Source of the DNA: Ylistrum balloti
Lineage: Eukaryota
Assembly (NCBI RefSeq): GCF_031769215.1
Contig: NW_026781904.1
Span: 248,001 to 312,000, forward strand
DNA length: 64,000 nt
Direction: 5' to 3'
Below the pieces are notes generated by a model. It searched no databases. It saw only the letters and a program-made list of their open reading frames with translations, and had not been told where the DNA came from. Positions 37,511-51,413 of this stretch are shown in pieces (position 1 is the stretch's first letter; the number at the start of each line of letters is the position of its first letter). Made by a program: the position numbers and the translations under genes.

Positions 37511-38761
37511 GGCAAATCTACAGAGATTGTCTGAAATGATAAACTATGAAAAACTAAAACACCATGAACTGGTACGGAACACAATAAATACAATATTCAA
37601 GGAAGGAAGAGTTAATTAAACATAAGGCTTAATTATAATTGTCGCCAAATATTTTGTCACGTCTGTTCACCACAATGAAATACACAAGTTATAAATATTG
37701 CAGAACGCTCGCTTTAAATGGCTTTGACGTAATTCATGTTATACGTGATATTTTTGTCACTTTTCTCTTTCTTCACAAGTGTTATGTTTAGGTTTTGCTT
37801 TGCAAGCTGCCCCGCTAAAATCCTTATGAATAATTACCATGGCACGTGAAGGCACAATTAAGATAAAAATGGCATGTGATGTGTCACAGGGATTTAATGA
37901 TATACAGTTATATATAGATACTTATCATCGCTTTGCTTTTATAATTAATAAACAGGAAATGATTAAAACAAAAAGTCCATTACGTCTTGCGGGGACTTTC
38001 TGATATTATGACAGTAAAATACGCGTAGTGATACGGAGTGGTAGAAATGTAGAAGAGTTGTCTCCCGTCTTACGTTGTTACAAGGATCTCTTTCAAGAAC
38101 AATGGATTTTTGCCCACGAAACAACTCAAATTAAAGTGGGTGATGTTTGTAACACTTTGAATGACTACCCATAATATTTAAAGATTTTTGGTGCACTCAC
38201 ACTGAAGTACATGCTTCAACTCTTAGAAAAATTGTCTTCACTGAGAAAATGTGAATAAATCGTACTTTTTTTTTTTTTTTTTTACAATATTTTTAAACAT
38301 AATTACCACTATATTGTCAAAGTGACTCTTGTTAATCAAACATTATGTATAATTTGGTAATGTATGCGATGGTTTTAGTCCTTTTTAATACGTTTTATTA
38401 TACTAAATGGGTCGCAGCACAGGCCCTATGGATCTTTTAAATGTTTTAATCATGGGTAGTCATTCAAGGTGTCACAAATACCACTCATTTTTATTTGAAT
38501 TGGTGCGTGGACATAATCACATTGTTCCTGAAAGAGATCCTTTCACCAGACATGTCTACATGGTCAACAATTTATTTTATCATACTACAAATGTACACAT
38601 TTTCTGCACTTTTCAAAGTTATTAGATACAAAATTGGGGACATTTAAATGTCTGTATGGCGTACATATAATTCTTTTACATAATCCGAAATGTACATATG
38701 TTATAATACTGCGAACAACTTTCACGAATGATACATTCATATACATATGATTTTACATATA

Positions 38762-38938
38762 CAACTGAACCTAATTATCTCGAACTAGTATAACGCGAAG
38801 ACCACGTTTAATTCGAAGCATTTCGTGGGTTCCTGCCTAACTTTCCACAAAATATTCAAACTCACTGAAGTCGAATACTCCGTTGTCTCGAAGTTTTTCT
38901 ACACTCCCGCCCGAGTTCGAAATAACGATGAAATGGAT
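38762..38938 (+). mobile_element. Tc1/mariner-type MITE, decayed copy
   Basis: ta-caactgaacctaattatctcgaa ... ttaattcgaagcatttcg ... aactcactgaagtcgaatact ... ttcgaaataacga; colinear with 59747-59922. Confidence 0.6.
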
Positions 38939-41848
38939 GACCTAGAAAAACTACGTAAATGGCGAATATTTTATGACGAAAATACGTATAAAACTTCACT
39001 TCGATGAATTTGACACAATTAGAGATGTAAGTGATTTATTTACATGTCAGCGTACTTGAAGATTTTTATCGGATTGGATTTTTTATCTGAGTAAGTCGGT
39101 GTGTACACTCCATGTTTGAGATTGCAGAGGGAAATCTACCTATACAAAATGAAAAAAAATATATACTTGTGCTTTGGTTACAAAGATAATATCTGTGTTC
39201 GTTTGTTAAAACCTTAAAAAATAAATAGTTAATGAGTGTGTATGGACATTGATTAATTCTAAAATGTCGAGATATTTACTGTACATATATGTCGACCTTT
39301 GAACCCTTACCACAAACCAAACCAACCAGTTAGTTCTTATATACAGTACGTTTGGTTTGGCGAAAGTAATGAAGTCTTTAATCAATTTTTGAAAAAAAAA
39401 TCACAGAAAGGGATTGACATTACAGCCCTGTTGTGAAAAAGACGTAAATAACCATCGATCTATTATAGCGGAAGAGGGACTCCATATTTAACCGTCACCA
39501 TAGGACAAATGCCATTTAACAAACAGCACAAGAAACTGTCATTGTCACTTGTGACAAAGGACAATGGCAGCCAAGGTCAAATTCAGAACAACAAAGAGTA
39601 TAACTTAGAGAGAGCTTCCCGCATCAAGGCTAAGATTGGAGTGGGTTTAAATCTATCCATCATATTTCAATGAAATGCCAGCGGCGAATCAATTTTTTTT
39701 CCTGTAGGAGGATCAGATTTTATGGCAGAAATATGGCGCTCCACAAGAGAACCATCTGCGGGGTGTCTATTCACACAAATTAGAACTAATATTAAATTTA
39801 TTGAAGGGATGAAGAAAGTCAGTCAAAATCCGCCAAAATATCGAACGCCACTGAGCATCATCTTTAACAAGATACTTTGAAAATAGATATGTGAAATAAA
39901 CTTCGTCTTTTAAATACAAAGTTATCAATTATCTATTTTTCATGTCACCTTGTGAAAATGCATTAAAGTTTGGTTTGTGATAAAAATTGCTCATTTATCC
40001 TGTGCCTGTGATGACGTAATGTAGTATTACGTAAGACGTGGCGTTATCAGTGGTACATAAAACAGTTTACACCTCCTGCTTTCACACGTGCTTGTAGAAA
40101 GTGTGAAACAAGTTACCTAAATGGCGGAAAACGTGATATGCGATTGATAAGTAACACTGCCTTCGGAACATCTTGGGTAATATTCATATAACTCAGATCC
40201 CATCGCAAAAATCTGTCAAAGTACTTGTAATTGTAACTAACATGATCAAGGAATTTCAAATCTGTTGACAGCTGTTGCTGTGAAAAAAATGTGCTCGGCA
40301 ATACAATATTGACAGTTTTTCCTGTGGCAACACAAGCTCAGTGACACGATGTGTGTGTACTGCAAATACAACCTGTCTATAACGACCATATGTCGTTACA
40401 GAAGAATCCGTCCTCATAAGATACCAGTCTTGTACAATTTTGTAATACTGGTCAGAAACCAATCTGTAATACCACCTGCATATACGGAAAGCAACAGATA
40501 AGTAAAATTTTGTTTACAAAACGATAAATCATCCATGAAAACTTTATTTAACACCCTTTCGCTGGTCCCTGACAGTAGATTCATGTTATATGTATTTCGC
40601 TTAAGCCATTAGCGTATAAAGAAGTTTTCTTGGTTCAAATCGAGTTCTGTTTTCAACTTCAGACGATGTACATTCTCCATGTGTATTGAAAGGTGCTGTT
40701 TAGTTTTGTGTCTTTTGTACAGTCCTCTGATACATGAGGACATTTCCAACCCCACTCTCCATTTTACAAGTACGAACTCTAGAGTTATTTCATGAAGTAC
40801 TATCATGTGTAGTACTCTGCAAGCCTTCCTTTTACAAACAATCAAGTTATCAAAGGTTTCATTAGTACAGAATTGTGAAACATAATCACTATAAATATTC
40901 ATATTGTTCCTCTAAAAGTTAACGTTTAAAAAGTCTAAATATAATTTGTGACAGTGTCTTTCCCTCTTTCATGGCGTCGTTATCGGTTTTTAAAAAGAAA
41001 CTGTCGAAAATGTGCGGTTGCGTCCTACATTTTACGCCGAGCCTCCCACACAATCCCGGTTCGAAGTACAGATAGGGCCTTGAAGATAACGGTCTCCAAT
41101 TACAACTCCGTCGCTTAGATAAATTTACCCTAAAAGGACACCACCACATGAAGTACTTAACACACGTTCCAGTCCTCCGGGACTTCAAACACGATTGTAA
41201 TCGGCTTATCGATTACTTTTCTCTTTCACACTTTGTACGGCAGCACAAAGAGACGAAAAATCAAAACAATTTTTCTAAATCTTTCTACTTCCGGTGTAAT
41301 ACTTCTGAGGACAGCGTCAATGGAAACGGGATATAACTGTTGTGAATTTCAATCTTTTGATGGTTGAAGATCGATAATGGAGAGCACACTTTGTCACAAA
41401 ATAGCAATATATATATCAGTTGGATTATAAGCAAAATTAATTATTTTCATAACTTGCTTAAGGCAATGGTGAGTAGGGGAATAAACATGACTTGCAATTT
41501 TGAAAACGAACATATTTCTTTAAAAGATTATACTCGTTCCACATGACATTTTGAAAAAGCCACGAAATTTCTTCAATTTATCAACATCTATTTCATTAGC
41601 CGAAGGTTTGTAGCTTGGACTGAAGTGCAAAAGTTTGATTTATGCATATGCCAATATAACCGAAATGTAAAAAAAATGTGCCAGAATTATTCATCATTTG
41701 ACTTTTTAATAAACGTAATGGAGAAGCGTAAAAAACGAGGACAGTTTTGTAAGTTAAGTGGAGATAAATGAAAGGACAGCTACAGTAAACGCACTTTCAA
41801 CTTGCATACGGGAATGTCGTAATATTTATTCTAATGCTGTATGAAACA

Positions 41849-42022
41849 CAGCCAAATTCGTTTCTTCGAAATAGTCGAGACCGCGGGAAACCATCGTGTA
41901 ATCCAAGTATTCCATTTAAGCGAGTTCAACTGGATGTATTGAAGTTTGTCCGATACGGACGAAATACTTCGAATTAAAAGATTTTTCGAGTTAAATGAGT
42001 TCGAGTTAAAGAGGTTCGATTG
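41849..42022 (-). mobile_element. Tc1/mariner-type MITE, same family
   Basis: Reverse complement caatcgaacctctttaactcgaa...ttaattcgaagtatttcg...cttcaatacat...ttgaactcgcttaaat.gaatact.g.attacacga; colinear with 59747-59922. Confidence 0.7.
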
Positions 42023-43744
42023 TGATAGGTAATGAAACATACAACTCGAATCCTGAATCGATACAAGGATTTAGCCTAGTCTATGTCCTGTCCAGTGTTC
42101 CATACAATATTCCGAGTATCGACGTTGTAATAACTGTCTCAATATGACACCTATCTTAAGAACGGAGATTCCAGTGAAAGACAACGACATCAAGTGCCGC
42201 TCGTGTGAGTAGCTACATGTACATGTCCATTCATAACTTTTCAGGAGAACGGTTTTATTATAAATTCTGATATCTCTAAGTTAAGCTAATTGAGTTCTTA
42301 GAAGTTTCTAGCTCCATGTCCATTCATGAATTTACAACAGAACGGAATCATTACAAATTCCGGTATCGAGAATTTAAGCAAAACGGTTCGTATTAGTCCT
42401 GTTCTTAAACTTGAGTATCCAGAAACTCTATTTCATCGTCAGGATGACAAGACCTGACATGACAGAAAGAGGTTGTAGTATAATTAATCGTTTCTTTCAT
42501 CTTTGTTTGTGATTTCATAATTGTACAAATGGTTTTTTCAACGATGAAGCATACATACAATATATGTATTTCGCTTGTTACATGCACCGACGTTCAGAAC
42601 TACAAGCCGGAACAGCTCTCCAGACGACTGCTAAATTTACGACGAGGTTTGGTGTTGTCGGAAATCCAAGGAGAGATATGGTCACTGTCATTATGTGCAA
42701 CGAAAGTATTGTATCTTTATGACGAGAAGGGATTTTGAGTGACAATTTTTGATTCACCATTTAAGGTCGCGTTTTAAATTTAAGAACGCTCCATTTACAA
42801 TAAATTTGGATTTGTATGAAACGCAATCTAGACCATCCGATCCTTTTGATTTCTTGATACCACGCAACTGAAATGCTTCTCATCCGCGCTGGTGTCGTGT
42901 TCTTTCCACTGGTACACCAATTTAAAAGATATTTTTATTTTTTTCCGCGTTAAAGATGATGATTGCAACTAAAAACGATATAATCGTTTTAATTTAATTA
43001 ATTGTGGTTTTTCCATTTGATACAGAAAATCAATTTGATTGAGAGTTTAACTGAATCAGATCCATTGGTAGCCGATATTTCGCTCGTGATAAAATCTCTG
43101 GCGTGGACATTTTTGCATAAATAGATATTTTGATAAATTCTTTTTAACAGATAATTACAAATACCGATCAGATTTTGTTATCAAGCCCCGAATATCTCAA
43201 TGTGTCGAAATTAAATATGTTTTTTCATCCTTCTGGTTGTAATCTTACAAAAATAAATCTCCGCGAAATGTTGAAATATTTCGATTAGGTTTTTATGTAT
43301 CAGTATTTCATATTATTGATGAGTTTATGTCATATTTGTGACTTTAATAAGAACTTTCCATGACAAATTCATTTAAATATATACATTTATATTGATTTTC
43401 TGAATAGTCTCTGCAGTGTTAACAACTTTATCCTCTTTTTTTACTACCAAGACAAGTCAACATTGTTTAAAAAACTGAAGGTTCTAAAGCATCTTATGAT
43501 TTGTTAATTAACGAAACGAAAACTCTCAAAAGCAAAGAAAAAAGAAAACGGTGGGCGAGAACATTCTGACATATAAGCACCGCCTTTGCAATTCCAACTA
43601 AGATTATATTCTCTTTCATCATATTTTGACTACAAACTCATTTCTGTTTTAAAGCAAAGAGGCTAGATGGTCGTCCTACATTTATTTTGAAGACTTTTTT
43701 TTTATTTCATTTGATAGTCTAGATATGCTGTCAAAGACTTTATT

Positions 43745-44040
43745 CATACATTTTCTGTTACCATGGAAACAGCTAACCCTCATCACACATTTCAATTTTT
43801 CTGTCCCTATGCTCTGAAACCATTCAAGATAATTGCTCAAAACTTACAACACTTCTAAAGCTAGTAGTATCTTTTATTGTGGAAAAGTTAACCATTTAAA
43901 TACTTTTTCTGTTACCATGGAAACAGATAGGCCAAATAACAAAGTTGAGTTTTATTTTTTAGACAAGTTCTCTTAAACCGTTCAAGATAATAACCCGTTA
44001 CTCAAAACCTTGTACGGGCATCAAGCTAGTACTCTAGTAG
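43745..44040. repeat. Two ~154-bp tandem units (HINE internal repeat type)
   Basis: Near-palindrome ctgttaccatggaaacag (ccatgg at 43761 and 43915); aaaccRttcaagataat and aagctagta recur in both units. Confidence 0.7.
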
Positions 44041-44334
44041 AATTTCTCATTTTCAATAATTTGTATGGAACAATTACAGATAACAAATAGAATTATCGTT
44101 GTAACATTAACATATATATATTATTGTGTGTCTTTCTTTTGAAAGCCAGGCTGCGGGGAAAATGTCATGCTTTGCGTTGTCTTGTCGTCTTTTGTTTTGT
44201 TATTCTTTGTCTTCATGTTGTATGATTGTATGTGCATGTCTTATTTACATATGGAAATTTTATCATTTCAAGTTATAAAAATCACACGTGTAAGCATGCA
44301 AGTGATCTAATTGTGGGAGGACACCCGCATCCCT

Positions 44335-44402
44335 TCAGGGAATCGAACTCTTGACGGCTAGGTGAAAGACAAGTGCGTTACAACTGTGCCACCAAACCAC
44401 CG
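44335..44402 (-). mobile_element. tRNA-derived SINE head only
   Basis: Minus strand ggtggcacagttgtaacgcacttgtctttcacctagccgtcaagagttcgattccc has A and B boxes; same head as 29540-29598. Confidence 0.65.
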
Positions 44403-46285
44403 CCTGATCACGATAACGCATTGTTTTCTAGAAGAAGAAGAAGATGAAGAAGATGATGCATCGGTACATATGTATGTGCCGATGTTTTGTTAAAATCTTG
44501 CAATATATAAAACAAATTTTAAAAACACGCTTCAGTACAGACATGTGCATATTGCTGACCAACTTGCGCTCGATTTTAGACAATGCCTATTTCATAATAT
44601 ATAAAAAAGAAGAAAAAGCGAAAAGCACATGACTGGAAATATGGTATATCATAGACGCGTGGTTTGACGTCAAACTTCCGTTTTGGATCGATTTTCTATG
44701 TCACTTCCGGTAATGAGGAACGGAAATTGATTCTAACACATTTGACAATGACATGTTAGCACATCGGCTACTGTCGGGGAGGGGAAGCCATTATATTCAT
44801 CCCTTCCAGATGACGCGCACGCACTTCCATTTTCTCATCGATCCACACTCGGGTGATGGTATGTTATATATACAGTGAACGGATGTATAACCAAAGCCGT
44901 ATCCTTTTGCCTTTGATCATTCCGTGTCGTGATAATGCAAGTCTAGCCAGAATTTTATTTTCCAATTTTGATTTAATCCATCAAACACAAAGATGGTTTC
45001 GGGGCCGCCATATGTAAAATCGATAACTTTTTTTTGAAAAGCATACAAGATCTTCCTTTAGTTGACAAGACACAGTTAGATACACCCCCGTATATGAAAA
45101 TGACATACAATAGAAACGATCTGGAAAGCGACAAAACAAAAAGGATTTCGAATCATATTAAGAATCTCTGATTTAACACAAATGAATACCATCTCATAGA
45201 AACGCAATATTGGAAAAACGGTTTTCTAGCTTGGATCCTCTTTTCTATTGGAACAAGACAAATGGGCTTCTACTAGCGTCATTTTCATTGAACAAGAACC
45301 GGAAGTGGCTTCAAAGTTTAAAAAGATCTTTTACAGTATTGTAGAATAACTTACACTCCGAACAAGACCATCAGTCATTTCGATAAAACCTTAGCAACCT
45401 AGCAACAGAACCATAAAAGGACTTATGAATGGCCAAAAATGTGAGGAATGCTACATAATTACCTTAGCCAGAACAGGTAGCAATATCCTGAAGTTGCGAC
45501 TTTTTAGTGAAGTCGTAATTTGATGACATGTAAGTCTACTTGTTACGATCTATTGTGAAATCTCGGCCATGGCCTACTGCAGCAACGTCGTCATTGACTG
45601 TCAAATCAATACTCCAAAACATGTCACGTGCTTTCTTTTCGACAGAGTTAGCAATACTGTAGTTTTTTCTGTCTGAATATGATTCCTAGCCTCTTTGGAA
45701 AAAGTTTATCTGAGTCAATCAAATTTACATCTGATTTCCATATTGATCTAGAAAACGGAATGAATGAAACAAGAAAATAGCATAGCACTTGTAAAAGCTT
45801 GTTATAAATTTATAATAGAACCTACTAAATGAGCGAGACTCGTTGTAGCGGTAGAACAAGAAGCCATATTCTTGTACGAGAAAGCAAAACTTGAAATAAA
45901 AATAACTGATTCAATTTGTTCAATTTAGAGAATATAATTTTCATTACCTATAAATATTCAGGTATCTATATACTGTTTTGAAAAGAAGTGGTGTAGTTTG
46001 ATGCATTACGTGTATGGATGAGGCGACTAACGTGTAACCACTTGGAAGTGGTCGCGGCGGTGTCTTTGGGCTTGTGGATGCTGTATCATAAAACGTTATA
46101 GCCGTGTATCATATTTCTGAAATAAAGCATATAGAACCCAATGTGGAACCGCTTTGTGTCCTGTACTACGGATACATCTTATGCTATATTTATATATACG
46201 TGTTTTCATATTCATAGATAATGTGTTGGTTATGTTAATTAAATTATGTCCAATCCCTTTGCATGTTTTGGCAATAAAATATATG

Positions 46286-46690
46286 TTTAAATGAAAAATA
46301 CGATGACAACACGATTACCTTCATTAGACAAATGACCAGTGTGGAGTGTAGTGAACGGAATGGTAAGGAACTTTTTTGGTTGTACTATAATGCTATGTAT
46401 TGTGAAGTTAAGATAGTGTGACGAGATGGTAAAATGGTCTTTTAAAAATATACGATATGCTAACCAAGTACTGTAGTCGATTCGGCTACTCTTTGTTTAA
46501 TACATGATCCTCGATATGCGAGAATCTCGTACACTACACACATTAGTGCAAGTACACTTCAAACTGGTCAATTTCCTAACCAAGATGACAAAGTAGTCAT
46601 CGAAACACCATATTAAAACTTTCTACTGATTGTGTTGTAAAAATTTCTTTCTACTGACATTACCAACCCGACGAAATTTTTCCGAAATAT
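46286..46690. mobile_element. Hammerhead-bearing repeat, copy 3: two inverted arms around a ~163-bp loop
   Basis: The reverse complement of 46286-46360 aligns with 46524-46620 (one ~17-bp gap). The right arm holds the perfect hairpin gatgac-aaagta-gtcatc followed by GAAA (46584-46605). Confidence 0.65.
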
Positions 46691-47472
46691 AAGATCTTGC
46701 ATATTGATAAATAATTTATCTTATTTATTGATTTATCAGTTCTGTTGTCTAAACTTGTTCTTTTGCTTTAAGTCCCTAAATGATTTTTTGAGTTTCAAAT
46801 CACAAAATTTGTTGGCGCTTGGAAAGTGCATACATGACCACTGCAAAAAGCAAACATTCATGTGACGTTGGCCTGCTAGATATTTCTTTAAATCTACAAG
46901 CCGAAAGACGTTTTTGTCGATTTTCATGATAGGATTCATGTAAAGACGATCCTGTAGTACATTATCATTGTCATGTTCAGATAAATCTTCATTTTACAAG
47001 TCGGACTTCGAACATTTTTCTTCTCTTCAAATATCTATATTAAATATTTGGCCTGACTAAGAAAGACGCGAAATGTATAATTTGTGTCCATTACGTTTGA
47101 CATTGAAAACGATGCTTTCAGACACTTTTGACAAAGAGATATATATTAACTGCTTGCTAAACATTTATTACAGTCCAAAACATGACCCGAGACCACGGTC
47201 AATGAAATGGTCGTCTTTGGTATAAAAATGCCGACATTCTTATACACATAATGTATCAAATCAGTTTGGTTGCGTATATTTTCTCTCTGGACAAATGTTT
47301 TTGAAGGCGTCTGCGATTTTTCTGCTTATTTATCTTGTTTTTTTTATGATATAAACAACATATTTATCACATCACCAAAAGTCCTTTAACAGCTAGGAAC
47401 CTTACAGAAATCTAAAGTCGACGTTCTCGTATTAGTAACAGCGTCAGATTTAGTGACTAAAGTATATGTATA

Positions 47473-48850
47473 CTGAGAGGAAAAAGACGCAATTAGGAAT
47501 TTCCAGGTCAACTACGGGAAATAGAAAAGGGTTTTATAATGTAATTATGGTGAAACTTGAAGATAGTTGACCACTCTGTCATATACGAGAATTTCATTCG
47601 TGTACGTGAAGTAAACCTTTTAAATTTGACGTTGATTCAAGAGCACCCCACTCAAAATGAAGTGTGTTCTGGACCCAACAATAACTGCACGAACTCTTTT
47701 GTGCATTGAATTGATCGGGGTATTAACCCTCCTCATTGGTATACGATTCCATTCCTCATCCAGCGCCAACGCCAACTGAGCGACGTTGATTTGAGGATTC
47801 GGCCTACGTCTTATCCTTCTGTCCAACTCGTCCCATAAATGTTCTATTGGGGAGAGGTCAGGAATGTATGGGGGCCAGTCTAGGGTGGGGACATTGTTTG
47901 CTGCGAGATAACCATGGCAAACCCACGCTACATGCGGCCGGGCGTTGTCCTGCTGAAACGTCAGTTGACGCTGCTGTACTAGAGGAACAACTTGCGGCGC
48001 TAGGACTTGATCTCTATAGCGGAAGGCCATGAGAATTCCCTGAATAACGATCAGAGGAGTCTTGATACCGTATGCAATCCCTCCCCATACCATGACCGAT
48101 CCTCCTCCAAAGCGGTCATTCTCTAGCATGTAAGCGTCTGCATAGCGCTCGTAGGTACCTCTATATACACGACGACGTGGACTCATCTGAGAACAGGACC
48201 CTTCTCCAACGTTGCATTGGGAAGCGTCTTACGGAATATGCGTTTAGCCATTACATTCGTCTGGCACGTCGCCGCGCATTAAGCTGTGGTCCGCCGCGGT
48301 CTTAGACCGAAGGCACCCAGTCGAGTACGCACTGTCTTTGGATCAATTGGAACTTGATAACGCCCAATTGTGTTCCTTGCTGTTTCCGTGGCCGTCAGAA
48401 AGCGATTGCGTAGGTGCGAAAGTCGCATTTCCCTATCCTGCCGACGCGTCGTTACACGAGGGCGACTGCTTCGGGGACGGTCTACAACCTCTCCGGTGAC
48501 ATGTAGTCTTTGGATGAGACGGAAAATGTTCGATGGATGGACTCCAAATTGATTAGTGACCTGATTTTGCAGGGTACATTGCATAAGAAGTGCAATGGCA
48601 CGACCCCTGTCAACTTCGGACAGTCGTAGATTTTGAACCAATCCTTTATACTGGGTTCGAGATATCGTGTTTTTGTCTCTTATTCTTTTGCACAAGCGGC
48701 GTGCGCAGTTTAGTTATGCATCAGTGATTTTAATACGGTACCATAGGGACCTAACTCAAATGCACACATTTGTCAAGTTTCAAGGGTGCACGTCAAAGAT
48801 TTGATTTACAATATTAGCTTTCTGCTAATTGCGTTTCTTTTTCCTCTCTG
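47473..48850 (-). mobile_element. Full-length (1378 bp) Tc1 DD34E transposon, transposase disabled
   Basis: TIRs ctgagaggaaaaagacgcaattag (47473-47496) and ctaattgcgtttctttttcctctctg (48825-48850), each flanked by TA. HTH region RLSEVDRGRAI...GRP-like SRPRVTT; FSDES, VMVWGGI, QQDNARPH, then 34 residues to PDLSPIEHLW. Deletion, stop and frameshift between 48186 and 48290. Confidence 0.95.
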
Positions 48851-50802
48851 TATATATTGGCACGCTGCTTCGGTGTGGTTCTCCAACGATTAGACAACTG
48901 TCATATCGTGCTTTATGCTTGTTTTCCATACAAGTAGATGTTTGAGAATATTGCTGATGATTGAAATGACTGAAACCGACACCAGTGTAAGATTATGTTT
49001 ATCATATAATTATATTTATTGTAGAATTTAAAAAAATGGCCAATTTTGACCCGGACGAGACTCTTTTACTGTTAAGACAATTACGTCATAGTGTTGAAAT
49101 GTAAATAATAACACGTGAAAATGATTTGCTGCGATAGTTTGTAACAACGATTATAACGCCCTTAGACCAGTCATTTGCATATCTAGCCCGGGGACTATTT
49201 TAAATGACACTAATGACCTTAATGGACCCTACAGCGTAAAAACACCAGGAACGTTAGCGTGACATCGAAAGTTCAAAGAAAGTTTTCGCGCTTTTCATTT
49301 GAACAGTGACACGTGTTTCATTTGAATAGTGACACATGTGCACATGTATCTAACTCACTCTAAAATTATCGGATGTATGGAAATTCCGAAATTCATTGAA
49401 ATATCGGACCAGTGCACCTCTTCATCCAGATTTTGACTTTTCTTTCAGTTACTTTGGACTTACCTCAGTTGCCTCTTAGGCTTCAAGATTTAGGCTTCAT
49501 CGACGAGTCCTATAAGGACGAAACGACTGTATAATGCAGTTTAATTCATTGTTTGACCCAACTTTATCTAACTCTAAATTTGTGTTTAACGATTCTATTC
49601 ACTTGTGTGTTTTTTTAATAATCTTAGAGTGTTACTCTTCACAAAGCCCAGATTTTTAGGATTATGAACAAAAGTGAACTGCTTGCTGTAAGTCTCGATT
49701 ATTAACATACGTCATCAGTAAAGCTAATTGGCTTCAATATAATCACGCGCCAAAACCTACAGAATACAATAAAAAAAATTGCAACTTTTCAATGAAGGTT
49801 TAAGTAGTAGAGCGAATGGTGCTTAAATAATATTTTGCTGAATTCCACTCCAGAAGTGAGTTCATAATACGAGAACATTATTTATATACGACCTTCAATC
49901 CATCGAGGACGTTAAGTTCCAAATAAACAATTTCCGTGACGTAATGGTAATGGATTCATTCGTTCTTGTTGCCGTTCTGCTGACAACTTCCGGTGACACA
50001 GCGATGTGAAATGTATGTCTTTTTGCTGCTACACTTCCTAATTAATTTTCGTTGACATCTTGGCAGTAAATGCGCTCTTGAGAAAGTGAGTTATTGAGAA
50101 CAAATGAAACGTTCAGCGCTCGTGCATCGTACAGCCAGAGAGGTGAAATATGACAAGATGAAATTTCAGTATTCGTGAGGCGTGTAAAGTGAACTGACTT
50201 CCAAACTAGAGGATGTAATAATAGTTGGTAATTATAGAGACATGCTTAATGTAAAACACAGATTTTTACACTATATTCACTTGTAATGGTAAATCAACTC
50301 GAAATATTGGTTTAACCGTATTACGCTAACGAATCTAACGTTTGCAATATGATATAAACGATTTTTGAAAAAAGCGATATTTTGCTAATCTATGTGGAAA
50401 ATGTTGGAGATATGATTCCATATCTCTTTTACAGATATTTTAAAAATATATTTTGTACATGCAAGCGGTATCTATATCTCCAAGAGATTGGGCGTTACGG
50501 ACACATTCTTATCAAATGGTCCCCTTGTTGTTTAATGCTTTTTAATATTTCTACTATATAGCGTTAACAAAGGTTTTATAATATATTTTTTTAAAAAAGT
50601 AGTTCAAACATATTTTATTGCCAATAAGCAGAAGGATTAACCACAAATTACACGAACATTATTGACGTCAGAAAAATATCATTGAAAGTGTGTTGTATAC
50701 AATATCTGATTGTCTTAATATAGGAACGAAGCGTTTGTGTGAAATCATTTTAGAAAATGTGTCATTTAATCAGAAACAAATATCAGTTATTCCTATCCGC
50801 AT

Positions 50803-51413
50803 GGACAGCACATTTCAAGGATAGCTTAACAACGTTCAAGGATAGGATAACGCCTTCCAAGGATAAGACAACACATTCCAATGATAGGTCCACGCATTCC
50901 AAGGATAGGACAACACTTTCCAATGATAGGACAACACTTTCCAAGGATAGGACAACACTTTCAGGACAACACTTTCCAAGGATAGGACAACACGTTCCAA
51001 TGATAGGGCAACACATTCCAAGGATAAGACAACACTTTCAGGACAACACTTCCCAAGGATAGGTTAACACATTCCAAGGATAGGAAAACACTTTCCAATG
51101 GTAGGACAACACATTCCAATGATAGGACAACACATTCCAAGGATAAGACAACACAATCCAAGGATAGGTTAACACATTCCAAGGATAGGTTAACACATTC
51201 CAAGGATAGGACATCACTTTCCAATGGTAGGACAACACATTCCAATGATAGGACAACACATTCCAAGGATAAGACAACACTATCCAAGGATAGGACAACA
51301 CGTTCCAATAATAGGACAAGACTTTCCAATGATAGGACAATTTCCAATGATAGGACAACACATTCCAATGATAGGACAACACATTCCAATGATAGGACAA
51401 CACATTCCAAGGA
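50803..51413. repeat. 21-bp tandem repeat, about 29 units
   Basis: Unit ccaaggataggacaacacatt / ccaatgataggacaacacatt, with a few shortened units. Confidence 0.95.

Noticed and set aside
39855-42961. Kolobok-like termini gcatcatctttaa (39855-39867) and ttaaagatgatg (42950-42961)
   Set aside because: They face away from each other, so they do not bound one element, and no partner ends were found; too little to call a feature.
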